From positions 1 through 37,884 of the IMG/VR virus record IMGVR_UViG_2537562092_000002: a DNA stretch of 37,884 bases; one strand, written 5' to 3'. This DNA comes from a virus. Lineage: Duplodnaviria; Heunggongvirae; Uroviricota; Caudoviricetes. The notes below the pieces were generated by a model. The model saw only the letters and a program-made list of their open reading frames with translations. It had not been told where the DNA came from and made no database searches. Below are positions 19,254 to 28,870 of the stretch, one piece after another. The position numbers were made by a program, and so were the translations under genes. Position 1 is the stretch's first letter; the number at the start of each line of letters is the position of its first letter.

Positions 19254-21262
19254 TAACCCACCCTCACCTGATTACTTCGCATGACCTGAGCATTTGCAGA
19301 CTGTTGCCGACGTGCAACCTCATTACCGACAGCGTGCGGATCTCCGCCACCGTAAATGTGGTAGGTATTTTGCTGGTTAACCTCTGTCACTTTGCCACTA
19401 ATTCCCGCCACGGCAGCCTTATTAATCAGCTCTCGAGAATAGATATTTCTTCCATTCTCATGCTGGATAATGCTGCTCATCAATGCTGACATGGTTTGCG
19501 GATCGCTCATATTCAGGGCAGCCCGGGGATCCACTCCCAGTCGTTGCGATACAGCCCTGATATACGCAGTTGTGTTGTTATTATCAGACGCAGGTGCCCA
19601 GGTAGAGATAATTTTCTCCACACTGTTTATTCCCCGTCCGGCGTACAGCATTAACTGACGAGCAAGAGCCCGTAATCCATCAAAGGCAGTTTCAAATCTG
19701 GCAAATCGCCCGCCCGGGCGTTCAAGAGAAGCCCCTGCCTGACCAGCAAAATTAAGGTTTCCCGGATTGTTATTCCGTTCTCCTCGTTTCGTAGCCTGTG
19801 CATGTTGTTCCGGCTCATCATCACCAAACCAGCCGCGTACCGTCCGGCCCACACTGCGGGGATCAAATCCCCAGTGCTCTTTAATCCAGTCGGCAGTACT
19901 GTTAGCGCTGTCTGTAACCATCGGCATCGCTGACGGATTTTCGCTGCCCTGATTAAGTATCTGTTTGCCGATGCTGACGGCATCAGCCCAGCGGCCATCT
20001 TTGATAGCGTTGAGCAGGTCGGCGATCATGTTCAGCATTTTGCTGAATTCGCCCATCTGGTCGATGAAGTTGCTGAAATCCCACTTCAGGGACCATGATT
20101 TGGGGTCAATATTGAGCAGTTTCGCCAGCGCTTTCACCAGGTCGTTAACGGTCGTTTTAAGGTCACGAACCATCTTCAGCGCGGCATCAACCTCCGGTTT
20201 CCACTTGCCCCAGTCAATCAGGCTGTCGCCGCCTTCCTTCCAGGTCTGATAGTCCTCCCACAGGAGGGCAATCCCCGCCGCCAGCGCGGTAATGAGGCCA
20301 ATCGGCGACATCCAGAACGTACTGTTCAGAATGCGCAGCGCAATCGTCAGTGCGCCAAACAGCGAGATCAACTCCCGCGTTTGCTTATCCAGCGATTGCC
20401 ACCAGGTGATGAGGCCTGATGTCCCCTCAATCAGTCTGAAGAACAGCCGCCCGATAATATCCCCGAGCGCCAGAATGCCTTTTATGGCTTTCGTCAGGGT
20501 CTGCTCGATACGCGGGAAGTTGTCCAGGATATGGCGGCGCAGTGTGTCCAGCGAACCCGCAAGCCCACCCGCAAGATTAGAGCCGATTTTGTCACGGGCC
20601 ATGCCTGCCATCGCGCCAAACTCACGCAGGGAGGTCATAAATTTGTTGGAGCTTCTGGCCGCCTCGTCAGCATTGAAGCCGATAGCTTTCGCCATTGCGC
20701 TGTACTGCCCGGAGAAGCCACCCACACCGCGACGCATAGCCAACAGGGTATTTTCGTCAATGCCCAGCATCTGCGCATACTGGTTAGCACGGTAATACGG
20801 CATGTCGCTGAGCTTCTGGCCTACCCCTGTAAAAATAGCGGCCATGTCACGCATGTTACCGCTGGCATCCCGTGTCTGTACCCCCAGACGATTCAGAAAT
20901 CCCTCCGCCCCGGGATTATTACGAATAAACCGGGAGAGGTTTTCCAGAGAAGATCGCGCAGCGTCCACGCTGCCGCCAACCTGCGAAACCGCATAGCCAA
21001 TAGACTGAATTCCCTGGACTGTCGCGCCGGTGCGCTGTGACGCCCAGTAAAGATTATCCAGGCCGGAGGCGATCTTAGCCGTGAAGGCCACCACGGACAG
21101 CGCCGCTCCTTCGACGGCCAGCCCCATTTTGATGACATTTGCAGTTGTACCGGCGAGGACAGAACCGAATTTTTTCGCTCCTGCATCATCCACACTGAAG
21201 CCAAGCGAGACAAGGAAATCTTTAATAGTCTCGGCGTTCATTATCCTCTCTCCATTTCTCAA
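19253..21262 (-). CDS. Tail tape measure protein, possibly with a C-terminal muralytic domain
   Basis: 669-aa protein with Ala/Gly-rich, helix-prone repeats; the largest gene in the tail cluster, downstream of the tube and chaperone genes. Confidence 0.6.
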   Translation of the reverse strand: MRNGERIMNAETIKDFLVSLGFSVDDAGAKKFGSVLAGTTANVIKMGLAVEGAALSVVAFTAKIASGLDNLYWASQRTGATVQGIQSIGYAVSQVGGSVDAARSSLENLSRFIRNNPGAEGFLNRLGVQTRDASGNMRDMAAIFTGVGQKLSDMPYYRANQYAQMLGIDENTLLAMRRGVGGFSGQYSAMAKAIGFNADEAARSSNKFMTSLREFGAMAGMARDKIGSNLAGGLAGSLDTLRRHILDNFPRIEQTLTKAIKGILALGDIIGRLFFRLIEGTSGLITWWQSLDKQTRELISLFGALTIALRILNSTFWMSPIGLITALAAGIALLWEDYQTWKEGGDSLIDWGKWKPEVDAALKMVRDLKTTVNDLVKALAKLLNIDPKSWSLKWDFSNFIDQMGEFSKMLNMIADLLNAIKDGRWADAVSIGKQILNQGSENPSAMPMVTDSANSTADWIKEHWGFDPRSVGRTVRGWFGDDEPEQHAQATKRGERNNNPGNLNFAGQAGASLERPGGRFARFETAFDGLRALARQLMLYAGRGINSVEKIISTWAPASDNNNTTAYIRAVSQRLGVDPRAALNMSDPQTMSALMSSIIQHENGRNIYSRELINKAAVAGISGKVTEVNQQNTYHIYGGGDPHAVGNEVARRQQSANAQVMRSNQVRVG

Positions 21263-21418
21263 TGCGCCGCTGGTTATCCGCTTTTACCGCCAGATGGTCA
21301 TTCAAGAGAGCAATGTCGTACAAATCGACAGAGCCATCTTTAAGTGCTGTATAAGGAATTAACCCGGCGTCAACCGGATTGAGAAGGTAGGACAGCCCGT
21401 CCGGCAGGCTGTTAAACG

Positions 21419-21871
21419 TCAGCCCTGTTGCAGGCTCTGCGTCGTGCTGGTAAGGGGTGTAGGCAAAAAATTTCCCAGCGAATCGGCGACCACCCGCGCC
21501 ACCAGCTGCAGCATGACCAGCAGGTCAATATCATCAAACATCAGTTCGCCCTGGGTAAATACCGGCACCCATCCGTCCATATGACGCCGCGATACCACCG
21601 CAAGACAGGGATGAATAATCGCATCGGTGTCATCTTCGGTCAGGGAAGACAGTTCCTCAGCGATACGCGGGAGCATGGTTTCAAACACCGGTTTTAACTG
21701 CTCGAATTTCACGGTGTCGATTTTGCCGTCAGCAGGCAAACGGGAGCGAATGCTCCCGAAATCTGACATCATTCCCGCCAGTACCGGCAGAAGTTTGCGG
21801 GTCACTTTCAGCTGGTCAAAAACGCTGAGTTTTGCCACGCGATATTTCACGCCTTTGATTTCGAATTCCAT
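21419..21871 (-). CDS. Tail assembly chaperone
   Basis: 150-aa ORF between the tube and tape measure genes, followed by a 156-bp apparent gap. Confidence 0.4.
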   Translation of the reverse strand: MEFEIKGVKYRVAKLSVFDQLKVTRKLLPVLAGMMSDFGSIRSRLPADGKIDTVKFEQLKPVFETMLPRIAEELSSLTEDDTDAIIHPCLAVVSRRHMDGWVPVFTQGELMFDDIDLLVMLQLVARVVADSLGNFLPTPLTSTTQSLQQG

Positions 21872-21874
21872 GTA

Positions 21875-22315
21875 TTAAAACTCCCCGAGAACCTGGTCAA
21901 TCTTGCCGCAGTCAAACACCCACGGCATCGTATTACCGGTTTTAGCGTTGGCATTATCCGGTTGTTTCTGGAACGCAACACTGCGTGCCGTGATGATGTC
22001 GCCGCTGACCTTGTTGCGGATCACGATAACGTTATTCCCCCATGTGGCAGAAGACTGGCTCTGTGCGTTATACGCCAGCGACAATTTTTTATTTGTCGGT
22101 GATGTCTTCAGAAGGTTAACGGTAATCGTCCCGCTTTTATCTGCATGGAGGCTGTGCATCACTTCACCATCAGCACCGATGGTCATGGTGTTTTTAGGAC
22201 CGCCCATCGCAACCACAATCCCCTCTTCAGAACTTGCAGAACCGTACCCGAGGTCAATCGAACCGGTCGGGCCGGTCAGCGTCGCAGTGACATCCATAAA
22301 AGAATAGGTAGACAT
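21875..22315 (-). CDS. Tail tube protein
   Basis: 146-aa ORF immediately downstream of the sheath gene. Confidence 0.5.
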   Translation of the reverse strand: MSTYSFMDVTATLTGPTGSIDLGYGSASSEEGIVVAMGGPKNTMTIGADGEVMHSLHADKSGTITVNLLKTSPTNKKLSLAYNAQSQSSATWGNNVIVIRNKVSGDIITARSVAFQKQPDNANAKTGNTMPWVFDCGKIDQVLGEF

Positions 22316-22325
22316 TCACTTCCCC

Positions 22326-23471
22326 TTAGCGAACAACGTTAATCTGTACGTCAGCGTAATGAACCGCGCCTGCAAGTTTTATTGCAGCCTGAATCACCGG
22401 AGCCTTACGGGCTTCACGTTCTGATTGTGCCTGTTCATCCAGCGGCTGGGCGTATACGTAATAACCTTTGGGCAGTGTGTCACCTGATGACAACTGACCA
22501 AGGTCGCCCCCGTTCCATACGCCCGGAGCAATCAGTCCATTCTGAACGGCCTGATCCAGTGATTTTTCAACATTTGATAACAGTCGGGTAATACCGGCTT
22601 CAGTCTGGGGAACTTTCGTGGTGCTGGTATAAAGCAGGTTATAGAGGTTGGTCTGCACATAATTCTGTAACCAGTCCAGGCCGTGGCGTTCATCAAAGAA
22701 ATCGCCGTTAGCCATCACTCCCTGCTGGAGGATAGCCGTATCATTCTGGTAGTACACGAATACATTGCAGTTTTTTGCATCAAGTGCCGATGCCTGGCTG
22801 ACTGTCAGTGTTTCATACCCGACACCCGGCTCCTGCTTAAACTTGAGCGTAATCGCGGTATTACTGCCATTGAAATTAACCGTGAATACCCGGCCAAATG
22901 CAGATAACGCAGCGTATTTATTACCCGATGAATACTGAATAAAACTGCGTGAATATCCGGCGGTTTTCAGTTTTGATGCCAAATCATCGCTGGATGCAGT
23001 CTGCAGGCATTTATCATCGCTTGTCGTAATCGCCAGAATACGGCTTACAGAAGAGGATTCGATCGCCGCAGCCACTTTCAGCCAGTCTGCATCCGGAATA
23101 TCTTCATCGTCTGCAATCCCCAGCCCATACCATGAAGTATAATCGAGCATGGCATTCACAGCCTGCTCCAGCGTCTCAGGCGTGGCCTGTTCGCTGTCAC
23201 CCTTCGTTTTCACCCAACGACCAACAAAAACCTCCTGAGGTTTCGGTGATTGTGAGAAAAACACCTGCGCAGCCTTATATTCTGGTGATTCCACGCCAAA
23301 ATCTTTTCCAATATCTTCCGCGGCAGAATAACGGCGAATGCGCTCACTTACCGGAATGATTGTGGACGGGCCGAGAATGAGTAATGCACCAAAATTTCGC
23401 CCTGATGCTGCACGCGGCGACATGATCACATCAACATTAACAACGTTTGATACAGGCAAGCCCTGTGCCAT
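22326..23471 (-). CDS. Contractile tail sheath protein
   Basis: 381-aa ORF heading the tail cluster, followed by tube, chaperone and tape measure. Confidence 0.55.
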   Translation of the reverse strand: MAQGLPVSNVVNVDVIMSPRAASGRNFGALLILGPSTIIPVSERIRRYSAAEDIGKDFGVESPEYKAAQVFFSQSPKPQEVFVGRWVKTKGDSEQATPETLEQAVNAMLDYTSWYGLGIADDEDIPDADWLKVAAAIESSSVSRILAITTSDDKCLQTASSDDLASKLKTAGYSRSFIQYSSGNKYAALSAFGRVFTVNFNGSNTAITLKFKQEPGVGYETLTVSQASALDAKNCNVFVYYQNDTAILQQGVMANGDFFDERHGLDWLQNYVQTNLYNLLYTSTTKVPQTEAGITRLLSNVEKSLDQAVQNGLIAPGVWNGGDLGQLSSGDTLPKGYYVYAQPLDEQAQSEREARKAPVIQAAIKLAGAVHYADVQINVVR

Positions 23472-23474
23472 AGC

Positions 23475-24755
23475 TTAATCTCCGAAAAAGATGACTGGTG
23501 CTTCCACCAGCGATTTAATACCGTACTCGCGCACAACCTTCCGGCGCAGGCGCACCGTCATATCGTAGCGGCGGACCCATTGCTGATTAATAAATTCAGG
23601 GAAGGGGGTCAGACCTGTGTAATCGCCAAGAGACAGCCCCAGCGCATTCAGTGCTGCATTGTTCTGCGGTACAGATATACCGTCACGAAACCGGGACGCA
23701 TACACCATCCCCGCCGGACCATAAAACGAAGCCATACACTCAATCGTTTCATGCCGCCAGAGCTTAGAGCCATCATCGGTCTGTCTGGTGAATGCCGGAC
23801 TGTCATCACCTGACCATCCGATACCCAGTTTGATATGCGCATCAACGGCAGCCTGTACCCATTCGGATGGAATCAGGACGCCTTCCGCTGATGCGCTGTA
23901 GTTCAGATCAAGTTCCTGTGCCACCACCACCGGATTATCGATTTTCTCGCATTCCCTGCGATACCACTCTTCATCCTTGCGAGGATCATCCCGCCAGTGG
24001 AATGTGAATACCGGTATCTTCCCGCCATGACGCTTCTGAGCGAACGGGTTAGCCATGCCGTTAACTGAACTCAGGTCGATACGGCAACGCGTCGTTTGTG
24101 ACAACGCCGCATCAATCAGCAGAGGACGCTGAAGGAATGCAGCCTCATCAACCAGATAAAGCGTGGTACGGTCACCACGACCAATATTATCGCCAGCCTC
24201 GCCTTTGATAACGGCACCAGTTTCAGGAAACTCAACACGCATATATGGCGCGTGCTTCTTCTCACTCCACGAACCGCGAAACTCTACAGGTAGCGTTTCC
24301 ACGAACTTGCGCGCCTTCCAGAACAATGCTTTCGGGTCACCAGTGCTGTCGACGTATTCCTCTTTACGGGAGCCAAAACCGATAACCATTTCTTTGTTGA
24401 AGAGACAAAGCGAGCATGCCAGTCCGATCGCGGTCCAACTGAGCCCCATTTCACGGGATTTTTCGGTAATACCATTCTCCCGATTGCTCCAGCGTTCCAT
24501 AATCCAGTGGATCCACTCCTCCTGCTTAGGGAAGAGTAAAAACGGAATGGTCACCGGCAGGCCATAATCAATATTACGCGGGTCCGTTGTCATGCCCCAG
24601 TCGATGATGAACTGAGCCGGATTGGTTCGGTAAAACTGTTTTAGTGCAGGCAATATTTCAGGATTCTGGCGAATGCGCTGTAGGCGTTCCATCCGCCATT
24701 CAAAAACCATCTGGTAATCAGGATGTTTAAAATCGAAGGGGAATGGTAACGGCAT
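23475..24755 (-). CDS. Terminase large subunit (TerL), possibly C-terminally truncated or fused
   Basis: Deviant Walker A-like [11 protein letters not shown] and Walker B-like [10 protein letters not shown]; follows terS. Only ~220 aa remain after Walker B, and the next gene is the tail sheath rather than a portal. Confidence 0.6.
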   Translation of the reverse strand: MPLPFPFDFKHPDYQMVFEWRMERLQRIRQNPEILPALKQFYRTNPAQFIIDWGMTTDPRNIDYGLPVTIPFLLFPKQEEWIHWIMERWSNRENGITEKSREMGLSWTAIGLACSLCLFNKEMVIGFGSRKEEYVDSTGDPKALFWKARKFVETLPVEFRGSWSEKKHAPYMRVEFPETGAVIKGEAGDNIGRGDRTTLYLVDEAAFLQRPLLIDAALSQTTRCRIDLSSVNGMANPFAQKRHGGKIPVFTFHWRDDPRKDEEWYRRECEKIDNPVVVAQELDLNYSASAEGVLIPSEWVQAAVDAHIKLGIGWSGDDSPAFTRQTDDGSKLWRHETIECMASFYGPAGMVYASRFRDGISVPQNNAALNALGLSLGDYTGLTPFPEFINQQWVRRYDMTVRLRRKVVREYGIKSLVEAPVIFFGD

Positions 24756-24757
24756 AC

Positions 24758-25309
24758 TTAGCCCATCATTTTTCTATACGCTTCTGCAACCTGCTCCGGC
24801 GTTAAGTTGGTAATTTCTGTTCTGACTGGTCCTCCGTCAGCACCAGTCACTTCATTTTTGACATTGTCTTTAAACGCCTGAACAGAAACATGACGCCCGA
24901 GCAACTCAAGGTTTTTAACCTTATCAGGCCATTTGATTTTCTTCAGAAGTGCGGCGCTATCTGCGGATGCCATCTCCACGACATCCATTCCTGATAACGT
25001 TGTGCGCCATACCTTAGGCCAGTCTTTAATGGGTTTTAGCTCACCGTTTTGCAGGAGAATGTCAAGCACATCCATCTGGTCGATTTCAATAAGGCGATTA
25101 AGTACATATTCTGCATTAATACCAACAAGATCATTGCGTTGCGCTTTCAGTTCGGCGATTCTTAACTTGATGTCAGGTTTTGACAGGTTTTCGGATGCGG
25201 TACGGTTGGCTGTTTTTGCGCTGTACCCCGCCCGAATAGCCGCTTGCGTGGCGTTTAAATCGATGAGGTACTCGCGACAGAACATCTCTTGCTTGTCTGT
25301 GAGTGCCAT
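24758..25309 (-). CDS. Terminase small subunit (TerS)
   Basis: N-terminal [34 protein letters not shown] is typical of phage small terminase HTH regions; directly upstream of terL. Confidence 0.65.
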   Translation of the reverse strand: MALTDKQEMFCREYLIDLNATQAAIRAGYSAKTANRTASENLSKPDIKLRIAELKAQRNDLVGINAEYVLNRLIEIDQMDVLDILLQNGELKPIKDWPKVWRTTLSGMDVVEMASADSAALLKKIKWPDKVKNLELLGRHVSVQAFKDNVKNEVTGADGGPVRTEITNLTPEQVAEAYRKMMG

Positions 25310-25761
25310 TTTTTCTCAAAGGTGAATTTATGAGCTCATTAACGTTTATCGGATTGTCACAGTTACTTTCTAGGAAAGGTGAGTTATTACAGCAAAATAC
25401 GAATGATTTATTAGAACGTGTTAACACCGCATGGAATAACAAACGAGACCTTAATAAGCAAATTTCCATAGAGCTAAATGATGGAGAGCTTGAGGTTTCA
25501 ATTCCACAGCTACGCTTTAAGTGTTTTACAGAAAGTAAGCTTTCACTTCACGAAGGCTCATTAATTGGGGTTATTACTTTTTACACATCGCGAGATGGAA
25601 AAAAACAGGAGTTTCATAAAATTTTTCTTGATTGGAACAATTGCATGCATTTTGGGGCGCTTGACTCAACAGCTCCAATAGACATCGACTATACCGAAGA
25701 TGTTGAGTATCTCTTTATGAACGCTCTAATCGATTCTGCTTATCGAAATAATTTAATCTAA
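25303..25761 (+). CDS. Hypothetical moron protein (likely start MSSLTFIG near 25330), opposite strand to late genes
   Basis: AT-rich ORF between the lysis cassette and terS, at the position and orientation of lambda bor; no lipoprotein signal; no recognised motif. Confidence 0.45.
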   Translation: MPFFLKGEFMSSLTFIGLSQLLSRKGELLQQNTNDLLERVNTAWNNKRDLNKQISIELNDGELEVSIPQLRFKCFTESKLSLHEGSLIGVITFYTSRDGKKQEFHKIFLDWNNCMHFGALDSTAPIDIDYTEDVEYLFMNALIDSAYRNNLI

Positions 25762-26203
25762 TTGATGTTGGTGGTGAACTTTTGCCACCCAGTTAATCAC
25801 TCTTAGCAGGATATAAGCCATTGTCGAGACCACTCATTGAATGGTCTCTGCAATAACCGATGTCTTTCCATCAGTCCGCCACCACAAAGAATCTTTTTTG
25901 CCATAAGGCTGGATGTTCATCTTTCAGTGGCTGCCAGTGTTATTTCCCCACTTACTGGCTTGGGTTGTTTCGCTGTACTGCCGTAACTGGTTGCCCAGAA
26001 TAAATTCCGGTTTCATTATCAAGCCCACCCGTAGATAGGCTTTGTAATGAACTGGCTCTTATCTCAACGCAGCCCCTTACCGCGCGCCAGATGCTCAACT
26101 TCAAGCATCAGCAATGAGATGTTTAATCTGGATTCACTCCAGAAGTGATCACCACCCTGTCTACAGAGCCAGATGTGAAGGATGATGAGTAAAATTATCG
26201 CTA

Positions 26204-26674
26204 TCATCGAAGGCATTGCGTCCTGATGTATTCCTGCAAGTAGTTAACCTGCGCGGTTATCCTGTCGATTCCACTTCGGAGACGGTAATAATTGAGTTCA
26301 GCATCTGCTGTAAGTCTTGGGCTTTCTCCATCGCCCATGCTGCTGGCTCCGGTCGTTGACTTTGCACAGGTGGCGGCGACTTGCAGGCGCTTACGCCCAG
26401 CAGAAACATCAGCACGGAGACTTTCGATAGTCGCGTTAGCATCAGCAAGCTCCTTTGTGTATCTTGCGTCGAGTTCTGCTACATCACGTTGACGCTTCCG
26501 CATGTCAGCGATGGTGGCGTTCGCCTTCTCCAGTTCACTGGCCTTGTTATCGCGCTGCTCTTTGTAGGCGATTGCGTTATCACGGTAATGATTAACAGCC
26601 AATGACAGGCAGACGATGATGCAGATAACCAGAGCGGAGATAATCGCGGTTACTCTACTCATTGTTGCCCCCAC
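26204..26674 (-). CDS. Rz: Spanin inner-membrane subunit Rz (i-spanin)
   Basis: [38 protein letters not shown]... closely resembles lambda Rz; follows the endolysin. Confidence 0.85.
   Translation of the reverse strand: MGATMSRVTAIISALVICIIVCLSLAVNHYRDNAIAYKEQRDNKASELEKANATIADMRKRQRDVAELDARYTKELADANATIESLRADVSAGRKRLQVAATCAKSTTGASSMGDGESPRLTADAELNYYRLRSGIDRITAQVNYLQEYIRTQCLR
26257..26448 (-). CDS. Rz1: Spanin outer-membrane lipoprotein Rz1 (o-spanin), embedded in Rz in another frame
   Basis: [29 protein letters not shown]... has a lipobox (LGVSAC) and Pro-rich segment, wholly inside Rz. Confidence 0.7.
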   Translation of the reverse strand: MLMLTRLSKVSVLMFLLGVSACKSPPPVQSQRPEPAAWAMEKAQDLQQMLNSIITVSEVESTG

Positions 26675-27156
26675 AAACAGACTTCACGCTCAATCTCACG
26701 GCGAGTCATCAGCCCTTTCCATTGCTTACCGCCAGCGTATGTCCAGCGCCGTAGCTGATCACATGCGCCTTTGATATCGCCCTGGTTTATTTTGCGAAGA
26801 AGCGTCGATGTTCTGAAATTTCCAGCACCAACGTTGTAAACGAACGAGTAAAGAGCGCCGCGCGTTGTTTCCGGTATATCGACTTTGATGTACGGGTTAA
26901 TTTGTCTGGCGACAGTGGCAAGGTCTTTATTCAGGAGGGCTTTGCATTCTGCTTCGGTATACGTTTTACCGAGCATAATGTCTTTTCCGGTATGCCCGTA
27001 ACATACAGTCCATACACCAACGATATCTTTATATGGTATGTAGCTGACGCCTTCCAGACCATCGTTACCACTTGGGCCAGTGATTAACACAGATGCTATA
27101 GCAATAGCCCCGCCACCAATAGCCGCAGCAACGGCTTTTCGTAATGATGGAGGCAT
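26659..27156 (-). CDS. R: SAR endolysin (lysozyme, phage 21 R-type)
   Basis: N-terminal signal-anchor-release segment [20 protein letters not shown] followed by a lysozyme domain; matches phage 21 R as recalled. Confidence 0.85.
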   Translation of the reverse strand: MPPSLRKAVAAAIGGGAIAIASVLITGPSGNDGLEGVSYIPYKDIVGVWTVCYGHTGKDIMLGKTYTEAECKALLNKDLATVARQINPYIKVDIPETTRGALYSFVYNVGAGNFRTSTLLRKINQGDIKGACDQLRRWTYAGGKQWKGLMTRREIEREVCLWGQQ

Positions 27157-27371
27157 TATTCACCTCTCGCAGCCTTTCTTCTGTCTTCTCTGATTTTGAA
27201 GTACAGATTTGTCAGATAGGTGAGAAAGCCCAACACAAGGCTTCCAAGCACCCCAATCGCAGCCCACTGTGATGGACTGACCTGATCCAACCACTGCAAA
27301 AACCAGTATCCCGCACTACCAGCGGATGTTCCGTAGGCAATGCCAGTTGAGATTTTGTCCATTGATTTCAT
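27156..27371 (-). CDS. S: Pinholin (phage 21 S-type), dual-start holin/antiholin
   Basis: [71 protein letters not shown] matches S21 (71/68-aa forms from M1/M4). Confidence 0.85.
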   Translation of the reverse strand: MKSMDKISTGIAYGTSAGSAGYWFLQWLDQVSPSQWAAIGVLGSLVLGFLTYLTNLYFKIREDRRKAARGE

Positions 27372-27489
27372 AGCAACGCCTCCGCCAGTAACGGATTGCG
27401 TAGTTCTTATATTGGGAAGGGAGAAAAAGAAGACCGCAGCATAACTATCACTGATGAATTCAGGACATCCAGTGGCTACGGCTCAGTTA

Positions 27490-27565
27490 TGGTGCTGGTT
27501 AACGGACTTGAACCGCTACCCATTCGCTTACAAGGCGACCGCTCTACCATTGGAGCTAAACCAGC
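27490..27565 (-). tRNA. Phage-encoded tRNA, anticodon UGU (Thr) by manual folding
   Basis: Reverse complement GCTGGTTTAGCTCCAATGGTAGAGCGGTCGCCTTGTAAGCGAATGGGTAGCGGTTCAAGTCCGTTAACCAGCACCA folds as a cloverleaf (7-bp acceptor, GGTTCAAGTCC T-arm, loop CUUGUAA). Confidence 0.6.
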
Positions 27566-27570
27566 ATATT

Positions 27571-27645
27571 TGGCGGGACAGCGTGGACTCGAACCACGAT
27601 AAGAAGGTTAACAGCCTTCCGTAATGACCTTTATACGACTGACCC
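27571..27645 (-). tRNA. Phage-encoded tRNA, anticodon GUU (Asn) by manual folding; slightly degenerate D-arm
   Basis: Reverse complement GGGTCAGTCGTATAAAGGTCATTACGGAAGGCTGTTAACCTTCTTATCGTGGTTCGAGTCCACGCTGTCCCGCCA: perfect anticodon and T stems, loop CUGUUAA, one acceptor mismatch. Confidence 0.5.
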
Positions 27646-27649
27646 AAAT

Positions 27650-27691
27650 AAAAAAAGCCACCGTTGCAACTTAAGAGTCACTAACGGCAGC
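27650..27691 (-). terminator. tR-prime-like terminator downstream of Q (late-promoter leader region)
   Basis: Minus strand gctgccgtt(17-nt loop)aacggtggc followed by T7; located between Q and the tRNA/lysis genes as in lambdoid PR-prime/qut/tR-prime units. Confidence 0.45.
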
Positions 27692-27736
27692 TTATGCGAA
27701 TAGTGTTGCTCATTTGCTCAATGATGTCAACACGTT

Positions 27737-28282
27737 CTATGCTACATGTTTAATTTTCTCTACACGTTTCCGGTTTTTAAACGCACTATCCAGAACCGGG
27801 TAAATCATAAACAACGAGGCATTGAGGATTTCGTCAACTTCCCGTCGACAGGTTGCGAGCGATGGTTTTTGAATGCGCCCGCCGCCCCGGCATAACATCT
27901 TGCGAGGTCTTGCGACGCGATGATAGTAAGATGCAATGGCGTGCTTGGAAGAGCCGTGGGCGTAGTAGCTGAGGAGGATGCCAAAGGCTTTCTTGTCAAT
28001 GTACATGACGGAATCGACGACCTGAGAAATCAACATTCCATCATCATCATTACACATTGGCCTTGTCATAACTCTTCCCGGCTCTACGCTCTCCATGAAC
28101 TTAGCTATTACGCTGCTCATGCGCTTTTCCAGACGACCTGAATAAACCCATGCGCCCCACAGTTCAAGCCAGCCATTCAGCCACTCGTGCTGTTCTTTGG
28201 TGAGGTTTAGTTCTCTTATGCCCATGCGCCTTCTCCCTTGTGATCTGGAATGGTTTTTACTGAGAACGTCATGCGGCCTCAC
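27737..28282 (-). CDS. Q: Late-gene antiterminator Q (phage 21/82-type); start may be MGIRELNL at ~28225
   Basis: ...[27 protein letters not shown]... and Cys-rich C-terminal region resemble lambdoid Q proteins; sits upstream of the late terminator and lysis genes. Confidence 0.75.
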   Translation of the reverse strand: MRPHDVLSKNHSRSQGRRRMGIRELNLTKEQHEWLNGWLELWGAWVYSGRLEKRMSSVIAKFMESVEPGRVMTRPMCNDDDGMLISQVVDSVMYIDKKAFGILLSYYAHGSSKHAIASYYHRVARPRKMLCRGGGRIQKPSLATCRREVDEILNASLFMIYPVLDSAFKNRKRVEKIKHVA

Positions 28283-28790
28283 TTCTGCTGTTTCGCAGGT
28301 CTTTGAGTTTCTGCTGATACTCCGCCTTGATGGCCCTGCACTCTTCGACAGTCCAGCGATGGCGGTTATGGTTTGATTCGATTTCGTCTACTGCTTCCTG
28401 CCCGATGCGGCTAATCAGTTCGACGCGATACGGAACGAGATTTCCGCTTTTGTGCTGGTTGCACACCACGCATTGCTTGTGAATATTGCGTTCATCAAAT
28501 CGGAGTTGAGGTGCCGCAGCAGTTGTCCGGTAATGTCCGGCATCCCACTGAGCAGACGTGAGCGTTCCGCAAGAGATACATGGTAAGTCGCGGTCTCTTT
28601 CTCTGATGAAGGCGTTTACGGCTTGTTGGGCTTGTTTAATCCAGTAACTGCGGGGCTTTAAGGCGAGTTTTCTAATCTTAAGTTTATCTTTCTGTTCCTT
28701 CCACTGAGAGACTGCTGCATCGCTAATGCCTAACGCTTTAGCTACCGCACGCTGGGTTCCGAAGTGGTCGATAACATCTTTCTTGTACAT
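28269..28790 (-). CDS. In-frame fusion: P22-type Cro N-terminus (~31 aa) joined to lambda NinG/Rap C-terminal ~140 aa (deletion product)
   Basis: [32 protein letters not shown] matches P22 Cro; [43 protein letters not shown]...NSRSEAA matches the lambda NinG C-terminus. Confidence 0.75.
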   Translation of the reverse strand: MYKKDVIDHFGTQRAVAKALGISDAAVSQWKEQKDKLKIRKLALKPRSYWIKQAQQAVNAFIRERDRDLPCISCGTLTSAQWDAGHYRTTAAAPQLRFDERNIHKQCVVCNQHKSGNLVPYRVELISRIGQEAVDEIESNHNRHRWTVEECRAIKAEYQQKLKDLRNSRSEAA

Positions 28791-28870
28791 AGACTCGCTC
28801 CGAAATTAAAGAACACTTAAATTATCTATCAAAGGAATCTTAAGTCAAGTTTATTTAAGATGTCTTAACT
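28791..28870. promoter_or_regulatory. Immunity region OR/PR/PRM with P22-type operators
   Basis: Divergent c2/cro intergenic region with three near-palindromic TTAAG(N)CTTAA-type operators (e.g. atttaagatgtcttaa, ttaaagaacacttaa, atcttaagtcaag). Confidence 0.65.

Noticed and set aside
20292-21040. Plus-strand ORFs of 167 and 169 aa inside the tape measure gene
   Set aside because: They are antisense to a long, well-supported minus-strand gene in GC-rich DNA where long antisense frames arise by chance; no start context or coupling is visible.
22326-25309. Searched for portal and major capsid genes between terminase and tail genes
   Set aside because: No candidate ORF exists; terL directly abuts the sheath gene, so the absence is reported as a deletion rather than annotating any head gene.
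27396-27602. 68-aa plus-strand ORF from the six-frame track
   Set aside because: It lies across the two predicted minus-strand tRNA genes in the Q-holin intergenic region and is most likely spurious.
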